Counted from the first letter of the stretch, positions 19,422-28,812 are shown. The stretch: DNA of 48,147 nucleotides from a virus (IMGVR_UViG_3300012663_000707:70897-119043), one strand, 5' to 3'. Numbers and translations: made by a program. The notes: a model not told the origin generated them from the letters alone.

Positions 19422-21154
19422 CAGTTTATTGTTTTAATTCTTTCTTTGAAACTAGGAGGGAAGAATCCCTGTTTATTTATCAAGCTTCGAAAACAAGCAT
19501 CTAACACATAAGTTACTGCCCAATCATCTTCACTTCTAACAGATCTTCCAACACCTTGCATAATTGAGATTCCAGTTTTCCAGTCATACCATTCATTACT
19601 ATATTCGGTCTTTGCTTTAATCAAAGGATCGCCTAATGAAGGGTAAGGTACTTTAAAGAAAACTTGAAATCTGCTAACATCATCCTTTAAATCCAGTCCT
19701 TCTAATATTGAAGGTCCCATAAGTATTTTATCATCAGATTCTTTAAAGTTTCTTAATGCTTCTTTTTTACTTTTACTATCTGCGTAATCTATGATTCTCT
19801 TTGCATTTTTAGAATACTCATAAATATACTTGCTAAAAGCATAAGAACCAGAATGTATGATTCCACGTTGACCTTTATGTTTGTTTAGAATCTGATCTAA
19901 GATCTTAACTACTTCAGGTAAACTTGCCTCTTTCTCTCGCATGCTTAATTTGTGTCGATTGATAAAGACTACCGGTGATTTATCATAGTTAAATGTATTG
20001 TCCATTCTGATAAACTTGGCATTCTTAATACCCATGATTTTTACATAAGATTTAGGATCTCCAATCGTAGCACTCATGAACACTTTAAAGCCTGCTTTTT
20101 TATGTAAGTATTTTTGGATCATCGCTTGCTCTTCAACACACATGAACTTTGCTTCTTCATCAGTCTGGTCGATTACCATAGCTTCTAAGCCTACTTCTTT
20201 GATCAAGTCAACATAGTCATCAAACTTACAGTAAACATCCTTTAAACGATCGAACGTAGTCATGGCGGCTTGCCAATCTCTAGGCATCGGTTGATTTTTA
20301 TATCTCTTGTTTGCAAGTCCTTTAGCAACCGTTGCTGCTTTTCTGTAGATCTTAGCAATCCCTCTAAAGTTTTGCATCTCTTTAAATAGATCTGCTTTAG
20401 TTCGAACTGTCATCAATCGGTGTACAATTGATTTAACATTCCCAATCGTAGCAACTTCAGTACCTATATTATGTCGTTCGATAAAACGATTGGCAACACT
20501 GAAACGATCAACAACACTCATATCAATCCTAGGACTAAAATGGTTTTGTACAATTTCATCTACTTTATGTGCCTCATCAAAGAAGACAAAGTCGCGTTGT
20601 TCAAACGGAACTGTTTTACCTTCAATTAGCATTCTATCTTCTACATAATTGCGTTGGATTAACCAGTAACTATAATTAAATAGAGCAACTGGTTGATCGA
20701 TTGCTCGGCGTCGGTTATTCAAGTATTCACATTGTCCATAGCATTCTAGCTTTTCAGCTTGCTCATATCCAATACCTCTTAGTTTACAGTCACCTAATGA
20801 AAAAGGTAAACCGTTGACAGTACACTCATAATTGTCCACACCTCTAATTGAAGGCCAACGAAGACCTAATCTGTGTATGTCCGATTCATATTGATCTTGT
20901 AGAGTCAAATCACTGGTTATCAGGTAACCGCGTAAACCCATTTCTTTTAAGATATAAGAAGACCACATTGCGATCAGAGACTTACCGGTTCCTGTTGGTG
21001 CATCAATTACTAATGTACCTTCTGGATCTTCATGATATGCAGTTACAACTGCGGTAATCACTTCCCGTTGTCCTCTTCTAAAAGAAAAGTCTTTTCCAAA
21101 TGCACCTTTTTCTAAGGCTGCATCAATTATTTGATTTATAGATCGTTCCAACAT
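19421..21154 (-). CDS. dinG: DinG/XPD-family SF2 helicase with probable Fe-S cysteines
   Basis: APTGTGKS, DEAH, MSATI, ILEGLD..D, FFKVPYPS, QGVGRSVRSEDD. Four Cys in the Fe-S region. Confidence 0.9.
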   Translation of the reverse strand: MLERSINQIIDAALEKGAFGKDFSFRRGQREVITAVVTAYHEDPEGTLVIDAPTGTGKSLIAMWSSYILKEMGLRGYLITSDLTLQDQYESDIHRLGLRWPSIRGVDNYECTVNGLPFSLGDCKLRGIGYEQAEKLECYGQCEYLNNRRRAIDQPVALFNYSYWLIQRNYVEDRMLIEGKTVPFEQRDFVFFDEAHKVDEIVQNHFSPRIDMSVVDRFSVANRFIERHNIGTEVATIGNVKSIVHRLMTVRTKADLFKEMQNFRGIAKIYRKAATVAKGLANKRYKNQPMPRDWQAAMTTFDRLKDVYCKFDDYVDLIKEVGLEAMVIDQTDEEAKFMCVEEQAMIQKYLHKKAGFKVFMSATIGDPKSYVKIMGIKNAKFIRMDNTFNYDKSPVVFINRHKLSMREKEASLPEVVKILDQILNKHKGQRGIIHSGSYAFSKYIYEYSKNAKRIIDYADSKSKKEALRNFKESDDKILMGPSILEGLDLKDDVSRFQVFFKVPYPSLGDPLIKAKTEYSNEWYDWKTGISIMQGVGRSVRSEDDWAVTYVLDACFRSLINKQGFFPPSFKERIKTIN

Positions 21155-21663
21155 ACTACTTCGCTTACTTTAATTCCTGCTTTTTCTAATAATTCAATTC
21201 CGGACATATCTCTATAGCCCTCAGAATAGAAGACTCTTTTAATTCCAGCTTGAATGATTAATTTAGAGCAATCAAAACAAGGTGCTGTTGTGGTATATAG
21301 ATCTGCATCGCCTGATGTCATTGTAGATTTTGCCAATTTAGTAATGGCATTAGATTCGGCGTGCAATACTTCACGTTTAGTTTTAAATACAGTTTTCTTA
21401 CAAGTGTCTCCGACACAAAAGTAACCATCATCTTCTAGAAGGTCTACTGCAATTGGATTTTCTGCATAGTCAACTTTAACTTCAGTAATTTCAACATCTT
21501 CACATGCATTATCAAAGCCATGTGGTGTTCCGTTATAACCGAATGAAACTATCTGTTCATCCTTAACAATAATACATCCAACCTTTCTACGTTCAGCGTA
21601 ACTCAACTTAGCAGTTTGGTATGCAATTTGCATGTATATTTTATCTATTGGTATTCTAGGCAT
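21136..21663 (-). CDS. dCMP deaminase
   Basis: GYNGTP, HAESNAI, PCFDC zinc motifs. Confidence 0.92.
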   Translation of the reverse strand: MPRIPIDKIYMQIAYQTAKLSYAERRKVGCIIVKDEQIVSFGYNGTPHGFDNACEDVEITEVKVDYAENPIAVDLLEDDGYFCVGDTCKKTVFKTKREVLHAESNAITKLAKSTMTSGDADLYTTTAPCFDCSKLIIQAGIKRVFYSEGYRDMSGIELLEKAGIKVSEVVCWNDL

Positions 21664-21674
21664 ATTAAAAAATA

Positions 21675-21705
21675 AAAGTCGTCCATGGATTATATGGACG
21701 ACTTT
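21675..21705 (-). terminator. Intrinsic terminator downstream of the acidic protein gene
   Basis: 12-bp stem AAAGTCGTCCAT/ATGGACGACTTT followed by TATTTTTT on the minus strand. Confidence 0.8.
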
Positions 21706-21728
21706 ACAAAAGTTTATTATGTATAATC

Positions 21729-22229
21729 TTATTTCGCAGCCCAGGCTTCTTTAACCTCGTCGATTTTTTTAATGAAAGCTTCTTTCATTTGATTACATGC
21801 TGCTTCGTACATTTCAACTGTTAATTCACCTTCACGTACTTTCTCGTGCGCTTTTTCTAATGTATCAGCTCCTAATGCAGCACATAATGCAGCATTTTCT
21901 TTCATGTAAGATTCAATTGTGTGCTCTTCGTAATCATCACCTTCATACTCACATGCTTCTTTACAAGCAGACTCATAACATTTTTTTAACAACTCAGATA
22001 CAGGACCTTCTTCCTCTTCATCATCGTCTTCCTCTTCAGACTCTTCTTCTTCATCATCGGATTCTTCTTCAGACTCGTCAGATTCTTCTTCCTCTTCTTC
22101 AGGTGATTCAATCTCTTCCTCTTCGGTTTCTTGTTCCTTATTTCCTAAGTCTTCTACTTCGGTTTCTTCTACTTGAGGTGCAGATGCTTTAGTGAAATAC
22201 TCTTCAAATGATAAAATTTTGTTTGCCAT
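21729..22229 (-). CDS. Highly acidic protein with variant targeting motif (MANKILSFEEYF); candidate head core/internal protein
   Basis: Long poly-Glu/Asp tract. Own GATATATA promoter (22248-22255) and terminator. Confidence 0.7.
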   Translation of the reverse strand: MANKILSFEEYFTKASAPQVEETEVEDLGNKEQETEEEEIESPEEEEEESDESEEESDDEEEESEEEDDDEEEEGPVSELLKKCYESACKEACEYEGDDYEEHTIESYMKENAALCAALGADTLEKAHEKVREGELTVEMYEAACNQMKEAFIKKIDEVKEAWAAK

Positions 22230-22247
22230 TATATGTTTTCTTTTTTT

Positions 22248-22255
22248 TATATATC
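22248..22255 (-). promoter_or_regulatory. Late-type promoter GATATATA (acidic protein)
   Basis: Recurrent intergenic octamer. Confidence 0.6.
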
Positions 22256-22257
22256 AA

Positions 22258-23982
22258 TTATTCTTCAGAATCAATAATATCCTTAATGTTACGGTCTAAA
22301 TCCCTAACTGTACGTTGGTCTTTATTTTTAATTTGACCCATGATTCTTCTAACTTCAGAATCGGCAACCTTCATAAGCATATCAGTCTCTTTCATTCTAA
22401 CTTCCAGCTTAATCTTCTTCACATATTGTTGTAAAGCTTCACTGTCACCTGCTAGATCATCGATAGCATCTACTAACGTTTCTTCTTGTTTAGATAAGAT
22501 TGCTATTTTTTTGTTGTGTACATCTTCGGATCTATCATCATTACCACTGTATGACGATGTTCCAAATGATGAGTTTGTAGTATACTCACCATCTTTAGCT
22601 GCATCTAACTCTTCTTTATATCTTTCAACTGGATCACCTTCAAGTTCTAATGTTCCAAGTTCAACTCTAACTTTAAAAAGTTCATCAGCTAATTTACCAA
22701 TCTTTCTTCTAATGAATGGATTTTTAAATAAACCTTTAATAAAGTCAAGGAAACCTTCATCGACTGCAGGTCTTAAGATCTCAAGTATTTCATTCTTAGG
22801 AACTCTACCGCCCATTACATTATATACATGTTCTATTGTCGCATTTAATTCAGCATCTTCAGTAGATTCGGTAACAAATTGTTCAAATAATTTTACATGC
22901 TTAAGAGCTTTAACATTTTCAGAAGCCTCTTCTTTCTCGATTTCTTTCATCTTTTCCATAGCCCAATCAACTCCTTCATCACCACCCCAGATTAACCAAG
23001 CAACGTAACCTTTATCTTTCCAAGGTTCATCTTTGAATTCAGCTGCAATTGTACTGTTCTTTCTATGTCTATTAAATTGTGCCATTCTAGAAACTACATC
23101 TCTAGAAAGTTGTTCACCTTTAGCAAGTTGGTTTGCTCTTGCCCAACCAACTGGTGTACCAGCATCAACTTCATCTCTGCCATATTTTTCTTTCCAATCA
23201 AGTGCTTGTTGAGCATTCTTAGATGCTGCTGATGGATAGTCATTATAAACTGCTTCGGTTTTACTAACCTCAATCAATAGACTTTCTTTTTTTAATTCGT
23301 CAGCTTTCTTTTTCATTTCCTTTTTAGCTTTTTCTGATTCCTTAGCAGTTTTAATCTTCTGTTTCAAAGCAAGTTGCTGTCTTGTAAGTGATACTTTAGT
23401 AGCATCTGTTTTTGCAATCTCGGCTTGTGTCTTAAATAAACTAGCTGACAATTTATCAGATGGTTCTGCTTTACCTTCTTTTTGCTTTTTCTGTAGATCT
23501 TTAATTTTATCTACTGCGTCTTCACCTTTAGAATTAATCTTACTAAACTTCTTAGTTAGATCTTTAAATTTCTGTATGATGGTTTTAGGTTTCTTTTTAC
23601 CTTTCTCTAGGAGCAAAGATTCAAGCGTTTGACCTTCTGGCATTCTAACCATTGTATGTCTAACTGCAAAGTCTTCTTTTGGTTTTTTAATGAAACCGAA
23701 TTCTTTATAGAACTTCTCAAGTCTAGAAACTGAACTAGCACCAAAGTCTTTGCTTGGCGTTAGATAGATCTTTCTACCTTGTTGGTCAGCATAGTCACAG
23801 ATTTCCTGCATTACCATACTACCGATACCAGAACCTCGTTGATCCTTAGGTACTTCAATTCTAGATAGATCAAGCCATTTGCCATTATCATATAGATCCA
23901 ACACGATACTGTACTTGGTCTCCAAGTCTCTTAGCACCGCAGCTTCATTTACGAAATTTTCAAATAACTTAACTTTTTTCAT
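22258..23982 (-). CDS. Multidomain protein: targeting motif + GNAT acetyltransferase + Lys-rich coiled coil + conserved phage 'AWLIWGGDEG' domain + second internal motif + helical domain
   Basis: Likely start MKKVKLFENFVNE at 23982, 1 nt after the upstream stop. GNAT motif A (VPKDQRGSGIGS) and LEKFYKEFGF. Confidence 0.75.
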   Translation of the reverse strand: MKKVKLFENFVNEAAVLRDLETKYSIVLDLYDNGKWLDLSRIEVPKDQRGSGIGSMVMQEICDYADQQGRKIYLTPSKDFGASSVSRLEKFYKEFGFIKKPKEDFAVRHTMVRMPEGQTLESLLLEKGKKKPKTIIQKFKDLTKKFSKINSKGEDAVDKIKDLQKKQKEGKAEPSDKLSASLFKTQAEIAKTDATKVSLTRQQLALKQKIKTAKESEKAKKEMKKKADELKKESLLIEVSKTEAVYNDYPSAASKNAQQALDWKEKYGRDEVDAGTPVGWARANQLAKGEQLSRDVVSRMAQFNRHRKNSTIAAEFKDEPWKDKGYVAWLIWGGDEGVDWAMEKMKEIEKEEASENVKALKHVKLFEQFVTESTEDAELNATIEHVYNVMGGRVPKNEILEILRPAVDEGFLDFIKGLFKNPFIRRKIGKLADELFKVRVELGTLELEGDPVERYKEELDAAKDGEYTTNSSFGTSSYSGNDDRSEDVHNKKIAILSKQEETLVDAIDDLAGDSEALQQYVKKIKLEVRMKETDMLMKVADSEVRRIMGQIKNKDQRTVRDLDRNIKDIIDSEE

Positions 23983-23983
23983 T

Positions 23984-24508
23984 TTAACGTATTTCATCAA
24001 TTGCTGGTCTATGCCAGATTTTACTATCTTCGTATGAAAGATATTCAATAGTTGCGATTTCAGCAGCTTTTTTTAAGCTATCATCTACCGTTTTAAATAA
24101 ACTTTTCATGAAAGGTTTATCATCAATCTTTAACGGACCTTCTGAAAAGTCTACCCAATCCCTAACAAAATTAATTTGTTTACCTAATTGACGTTCTTTA
24201 GTTTTAATTAAACCAAACAGTTTTCTTTTGTATTTAGGAAATGGCTCAAAATATACAGAGTACTCATATGCAGGTTTGTTTACTTGACCTCCTGACATAT
24301 CAGAAGTCATTCCCATATTTAGACCCCAAAATTTAACTACAAAACGACCGAGTTCAAAATCTTTATACCACATGTCATCAAAGCCACCTTCTGACCACTC
24401 TTCACTATGGCGAACCAATCCGCGTTTCTTAAATTCCTTTTCGTATTCTTTAAAGTTATTCATGTAACCTTCACTTACGAATTGTTCAAATAGTTTTATA
24501 TGTTTCAT
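23984..24508 (-). CDS. Hypothetical protein with MKHIKLFEQFVSE N-terminal motif
   Basis: Operonic ORF carrying the shared motif. Confidence 0.7.
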   Translation of the reverse strand: MKHIKLFEQFVSEGYMNNFKEYEKEFKKRGLVRHSEEWSEGGFDDMWYKDFELGRFVVKFWGLNMGMTSDMSGGQVNKPAYEYSVYFEPFPKYKRKLFGLIKTKERQLGKQINFVRDWVDFSEGPLKIDDKPFMKSLFKTVDDSLKKAAEIATIEYLSYEDSKIWHRPAIDEIR

Positions 24509-25170
24509 AATGGTATATATTTTAATGGATTCGTACTACTGGATAGTTTACCTTTTTTTAGAATAAAGTATTCTTGTTCGACATAAGCAGTCCAGTCTCC
24601 TGGTAACCTATGTCCTTGCTTTTTTATGTATTCGAAATATAATCTACCTCTTTTTGTCTGAGCAATAGGTTTACCTTCTTCTTCATCTTCCATCTTAGGT
24701 GCGATGCGAATTTCTTGAAGTTTTATCCATTCAATCTCACTGACTTCTTTTACTATAACATCTGTAATATCGGCTACTGTAGTAAGAACTCTAAATTGCT
24801 CACCAAAGTTTGTTAGTTTATTATCATCTCTATCCTCAAGATCAAATGAAACTACTAATGTCAAATTATAATCTTGTGGCTTAGCAGCACCTGGTTTTGT
24901 ACCAAAATTAATATAAGTATGCTTTTCATACCAACACGCCATTTTAACAATGTATGATGCATTCTCGCTTTGGAATTTATATTCAATCGAAGGCAACTCA
25001 TGGTAGTTTGAATCCAGCTTCGATCTATCAGTTAAACTTAACATGCCCATCCATGAGTCAACTTTTATGTTACCAACTCGTTTCCAAGAGTATGGTCTAG
25101 ATCCTTCTCCAATCTCATTAACCGGATAAGTTTCATTTATAAAGTCTTCAAATAGGTGGATATGCTTCAC
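24505..25170 (-). CDS. Hypothetical protein with (M)KHIHLFEDFINE motif (GTG start)
   Basis: Operonic ORF carrying the shared motif. Confidence 0.7.
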   Translation of the reverse strand: MKHIHLFEDFINETYPVNEIGEGSRPYSWKRVGNIKVDSWMGMLSLTDRSKLDSNYHELPSIEYKFQSENASYIVKMACWYEKHTYINFGTKPGAAKPQDYNLTLVVSFDLEDRDDNKLTNFGEQFRVLTTVADITDVIVKEVSEIEWIKLQEIRIAPKMEDEEEGKPIAQTKRGRLYFEYIKKQGHRLPGDWTAYVEQEYFILKKGKLSSSTNPLKYIPL

Positions 25171-25171
25171 T

Positions 25172-25729
25172 TTAATTAATCTTTATTTCAGTCTTTTCTC
25201 CATCTGCATGTGAATAGACAACATGTGACGGTTCGATGTCATATTCCAAATTACTAAACATCTCAACGTATTTAGCACCCATACCCTTCTTTAAATAAGC
25301 TATGGTGCAATGTGGATGATAATCTGGATATGAAGTTGTATGTGGCAATTCTGTTAAAGCTTTGTTACAGTTATGCAAACATTGTTCAGCGCCATCTGGA
25401 TATTTAACATCTAATTTCAATACATCATATTCGTTTTCAAATAGAGAAACGTTATGCAGTACTAATTTGTCAAATGTAGAATTACCAATTACGTTTTTAA
25501 TTCGATCTAAGGTTACATCATTATGTAAACCATAAAGTAAGGTTACATGTGATTCATCTTCCAAGCCAAAAGTTCTATCGTTTTCTTCAACATATAAATC
25601 TTCTTGATCAATTTTTGCATGGATGTTTTCTAATTGGTCGAAATTAAAATATAACATGACACAACCATATTCATATGTGTCGCCAGTTTTCTCCATAATA
25701 AAGTCTTCAAATAATTTAATTGTTCTCAT
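25172..25729 (-). CDS. 2H phosphoesterase, T4 57B/Acb1-like, with MRTIKLFEDFIME motif
   Basis: Two HxT motifs (SHVTLLYG, PHCTIAY) plus PDYHPH. Start set at ATG 25729. Confidence 0.8.
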   Translation of the reverse strand: MRTIKLFEDFIMEKTGDTYEYGCVMLYFNFDQLENIHAKIDQEDLYVEENDRTFGLEDESHVTLLYGLHNDVTLDRIKNVIGNSTFDKLVLHNVSLFENEYDVLKLDVKYPDGAEQCLHNCNKALTELPHTTSYPDYHPHCTIAYLKKGMGAKYVEMFSNLEYDIEPSHVVYSHADGEKTEIKIN

Positions 25730-25731
25730 AA

Positions 25732-26421
25732 TCAAAAGTTAGGTATACCACCAATTTCTTTGGCTCTCTTTCTCCACAAAGTCAAAACTTGTTCTCTTTC
25801 ATCACTTGAAAGATAGTCTTGTGTGTCTAAGTATTTATTTACCGTAAATTCCATAGGTTCTTTACGTTTCTTTGCTTCGTATCTTAATCCTTGTAGATTT
25901 GCATCTACTTCTTTGGGCAACATTAAGTAAGTTACTTTCGGTAAGAAACCTTGGTCGATCATAAGTCTCATATACTGATCATCTTCGATCGGTTTACCAG
26001 CTCTATAATTACCAACACCTTCACCATCTTGAGTTATATGTTCCATCTCATGTCTCATCACATCAGCTAAATGCATATAGATCTCTTGGAAATATCCAGG
26101 CAACCATTCAGGATTTACAGCGAAATCAATGTTAATGAATGGAGTCATATCTTCATCATCGTCATCAATATCTCTACCATCAGCTCCGGTACTATTTAGA
26201 ACCTCAAAGCCTTTTACCTTTTTATTCATATGTAAGGTTGCAGTTAGATCAAACTCTAAACCAGAATCTTCTATCTGTTCAAAATATTCTGCTGACTTTG
26301 CACCTGATTTCCATTCCTGGATCCAAGTTTTAAATGCAGCTTTCACCAATCTGCCGGCGATACCATCATATGATGATCTACCTTCAGATATAAAATCTTG
26401 GAAATTAACTACTTTTTTCAT
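25732..26421 (-). CDS. Zincin-like metallopeptidase with MKKVVNFQDFISE motif
   Basis: RHEMEHITQ (HExxH) and downstream EVDA third-ligand candidate. Confidence 0.65.
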   Translation of the reverse strand: MKKVVNFQDFISEGRSSYDGIAGRLVKAAFKTWIQEWKSGAKSAEYFEQIEDSGLEFDLTATLHMNKKVKGFEVLNSTGADGRDIDDDDEDMTPFINIDFAVNPEWLPGYFQEIYMHLADVMRHEMEHITQDGEGVGNYRAGKPIEDDQYMRLMIDQGFLPKVTYLMLPKEVDANLQGLRYEAKKRKEPMEFTVNKYLDTQDYLSSDEREQVLTLWRKRAKEIGGIPNF

Positions 26422-26425
26422 ATTT

Positions 26426-26433
26426 TATATATC
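26426..26433 (-). promoter_or_regulatory. Late-type promoter GATATATA at the head of the motif-protein operon
   Basis: 4 nt upstream of ATG, just after a terminator. Confidence 0.65.
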
Positions 26434-26442
26434 ATAAAAATA

Positions 26443-26466
26443 AAGGGGAGCCATTTGACTCCCCTT
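26443..26466 (-). terminator. Intrinsic terminator upstream of the late promoter at 26426
   Basis: AAGGGGAG/CTCCCCTT stem followed by TATTTTT on the minus strand. Confidence 0.75.
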
Positions 26467-26502
26467 CATAAACTAAAAACAATATGTAACTATTAAATTT
26501 GA

Positions 26503-26757
26503 TTAACAACCATTTTCAGGTTGTTGTGGCTCAACTGCCGTAGGCTGTACTTGCGTGTTATCTACGAAAATAGACTTTAAAGTTTCTAAGTAGCTATCAG
26601 CATCTGCGATAGTACGAACTAATTTGTCCATCTCCTCGATAACTTGTGGGTGTTCGCCAATACCCACTGAATTATTTGTATAAATTTCAAGGGTTGCCAA
26701 AGCTTCTAATCTTTGGGCTTCATACTTTGCACGTAGTGCTTTAATTTTCAGACTCAT
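26503..26757 (-). CDS. Small conserved T4-like phage hypothetical protein (..VGIGEH.. motif)
   Basis: Helix-NNSVGIGEHPQ-helix pattern recalled from marine T4-like phage hypotheticals. Confidence 0.65.
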   Translation of the reverse strand: MSLKIKALRAKYEAQRLEALATLEIYTNNSVGIGEHPQVIEEMDKLVRTIADADSYLETLKSIFVDNTQVQPTAVEPQQPENGC

Positions 26758-26947
26758 TTTGTGTTTTATTTAAAATACGTAATTCATTGATGATGTCACC
26801 CATACCGCTTATGATAATCGCAGGGATTGCAAAAAACCAAAAGTAACCATTGTTAAAATTTGATAGTGCAAGAATCCATAGGATAATCGACTGGATTGAC
26901 ATCTGTTTTTCAGAGATGTAGCTAAACGCTTTAGAAATTATATTCAT
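26741..26947 (-). CDS. Small membrane protein
   Basis: Two hydrophobic segments. Confidence 0.55.
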   Translation of the reverse strand: MNIISKAFSYISEKQMSIQSIILWILALSNFNNGYFWFFAIPAIIISGMGDIINELRILNKTQNESEN

Positions 26948-26970
26948 GTAAAGTTTAAATTAATTATATC

Positions 26971-27891
26971 TTATACAAGTTCAACTGCAAATTGTTTCAT
27001 GTAACGATACCATGCTTGTTCTTTAGCTTTTGCTTCTAATTCAATGTCTAAGTCTAATCCATAATCATTGATCTTGTCATAAATATAATCTGCATGTGCT
27101 CGGTTCATTACTGAATTATCTTCATAAACTTGCTTTGCAGATGAATAATGACAAAGTTGCTTGATACCTTCTGGCCATGTAGTTGCTGCAAGTTTAAGAG
27201 CTTCTTCCTGTGTTAAAGAACCAGGGTGACACCAATGATGATGATAGTCAAATGTAACCGGAGTACCAATCATACCATGTAAGATCTTAAGATCTTCTAC
27301 AGTGTACTGAGATTGCTTGTCATCATTTTCGATAACCAATCTAGCTCTGGCTCCTTCAGTTAAACGACGAAAGTTATCAACAAATCGCTGCAATACAACT
27401 TCCTTGCCACCTTGTGTTGTGTTAACGTGGATGTTTATTGCTGCATATTGATTTCTAGGTAAACCCATCAAATCCATAACCTCAGCATGCTGGTTCAATT
27501 CTTTGATAGACTTATCAACTACTGCATCATTGGTACTTGCAATAACACAGAAGTGTCCTGGATGGAATGTGATGCGTTGTCCAGATGCCTTAGCTATTTT
27601 ACCACAACCAGACAATACATTGCTAATTCGTTCGTAATCTGGTAGATCTTTGAACTCATATTCGCTCATCCATGGAAAGATGTCACTTGACATTCTATAT
27701 AATTTTACACCATGTTGCTGATTCCAAAGCAAGATACGACTTAGATCACGGACATTCTGTAATGCCAACGATGAAGCATATTCGATACCTTTAGCCTGGA
27801 ATGTGCGCTTAACCATACCTCGGTTGGTAGTTATTTTCTGTTTGCCCAATTCCATATTGATACAACAGTATCCGTAGTTAGTTTTTGTCAT
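26971..27891 (-). CDS. uvsE: UV-damage endonuclease UvsE/UVDE
   Basis: GYCCIN, YRMSSDIFPW, TFHPG, IENDD, FDYHHH, HADYI, ELEAKAKE. Confidence 0.92.
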   Translation of the reverse strand: MTKTNYGYCCINMELGKQKITTNRGMVKRTFQAKGIEYASSLALQNVRDLSRILLWNQQHGVKLYRMSSDIFPWMSEYEFKDLPDYERISNVLSGCGKIAKASGQRITFHPGHFCVIASTNDAVVDKSIKELNQHAEVMDLMGLPRNQYAAINIHVNTTQGGKEVVLQRFVDNFRRLTEGARARLVIENDDKQSQYTVEDLKILHGMIGTPVTFDYHHHWCHPGSLTQEEALKLAATTWPEGIKQLCHYSSAKQVYEDNSVMNRAHADYIYDKINDYGLDLDIELEAKAKEQAWYRYMKQFAVELV

Positions 27892-28096
27892 TGAATTGTT
27901 TTATAACTTTAATAAAAAATGATATGGCGAATATTGGCCAGATAATAAGTACATAAATACGTTCTACCACAGTAAACCTGAGTTTTTCTGCGTCCGAGTC
28001 ACCGGTCAATCTTGTAATTTTATTGACCGTAAGATCATAAAGTAGATTGACCAAGACTCCAAACGTAATATACCAAACGATAATTTGAAAATTCAT
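27878..28096 (-). CDS. Small membrane protein
   Basis: Two TM-like segments. Confidence 0.55.
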   Translation of the reverse strand: MNFQIIVWYITFGVLVNLLYDLTVNKITRLTGDSDAEKLRFTVVERIYVLIIWPIFAISFFIKVIKQFNDKN

Positions 28097-28130
28097 ATTG
28101 TTGTACGAGTTCTATTGTGAATGTTTACAG

Positions 28131-28796
28131 TTAACTCATGGATGGATCCTCATGGTGATCATGTTCATGTGCCAACAGGCTTTTAATTGGTCGATCTTCG
28201 ATCAACTTCAAGACTTGTTGCAATGAGTATGGTTGAAAGTCTAAGCTTCCATCCATACCGACATCCATCATTTTACCTGGACCAACTTTAAATTGGTGTG
28301 GAGTATGCACGTGGCCATGGATATGTTTTACACCTTGACCCATATCTTGCCAAGAAGCTAACGGGTAGTGACTCATTACAAATCGGTGTTTTATCGCTTT
28401 ACCATTTTTAACATCTGGTTGAATTACAATAGTCACCATTCGTTGTTCGTTGACTGAAGCAAACAATTCACGTATTCCATCTCTATCGTTTAAGATATGG
28501 TGATCATGGTTACCCAAGAATAAGTGTATGTTTTTGCAACGCAATTGGTTTCTGAATTCTGCAATTTGTTCAAATCCACCGAATGACCAATCGCCCAAGT
28601 GAAATAAGATGTCGTTCTCGCCGACCAACATGTTGATGTTATCAACGATATTGATGTTCATTTCGTTAAGAGTTTTAAAGTCTCTTGTACCTCTAGCTCC
28701 GTCCCATTTTGAAACGCCGCGGCAAATATTGGTATGGTTATAGTGCGTATCGGAAGTAAAGAAGATTCTCTGTCCTGGGTTAACTACTACTTTCAT
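28131..28796 (-). CDS. Calcineurin-like metallophosphoesterase
   Basis: SDTH, LGD, GNHD, SHYP, HGHVH motifs. Confidence 0.92.
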   Translation of the reverse strand: MKVVVNPGQRIFFTSDTHYNHTNICRGVSKWDGARGTRDFKTLNEMNINIVDNINMLVGENDILFHLGDWSFGGFEQIAEFRNQLRCKNIHLFLGNHDHHILNDRDGIRELFASVNEQRMVTIVIQPDVKNGKAIKHRFVMSHYPLASWQDMGQGVKHIHGHVHTPHQFKVGPGKMMDVGMDGSLDFQPYSLQQVLKLIEDRPIKSLLAHEHDHHEDPSMS

Positions 28797-28812
28797 TTGT
28801 TCTTGTTTTAAT

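Noticed and set aside
21797-22192. + strand Leu/His/Gln-rich 131-aa ORF
   Set aside because: Antisense read-out of the GAA/GAT-rich acidic gene.
23983-24048. N-terminal extension of the 596-aa ORF
   Set aside because: Overlaps the upstream gene. The tagged start at 23982 fits operon spacing.
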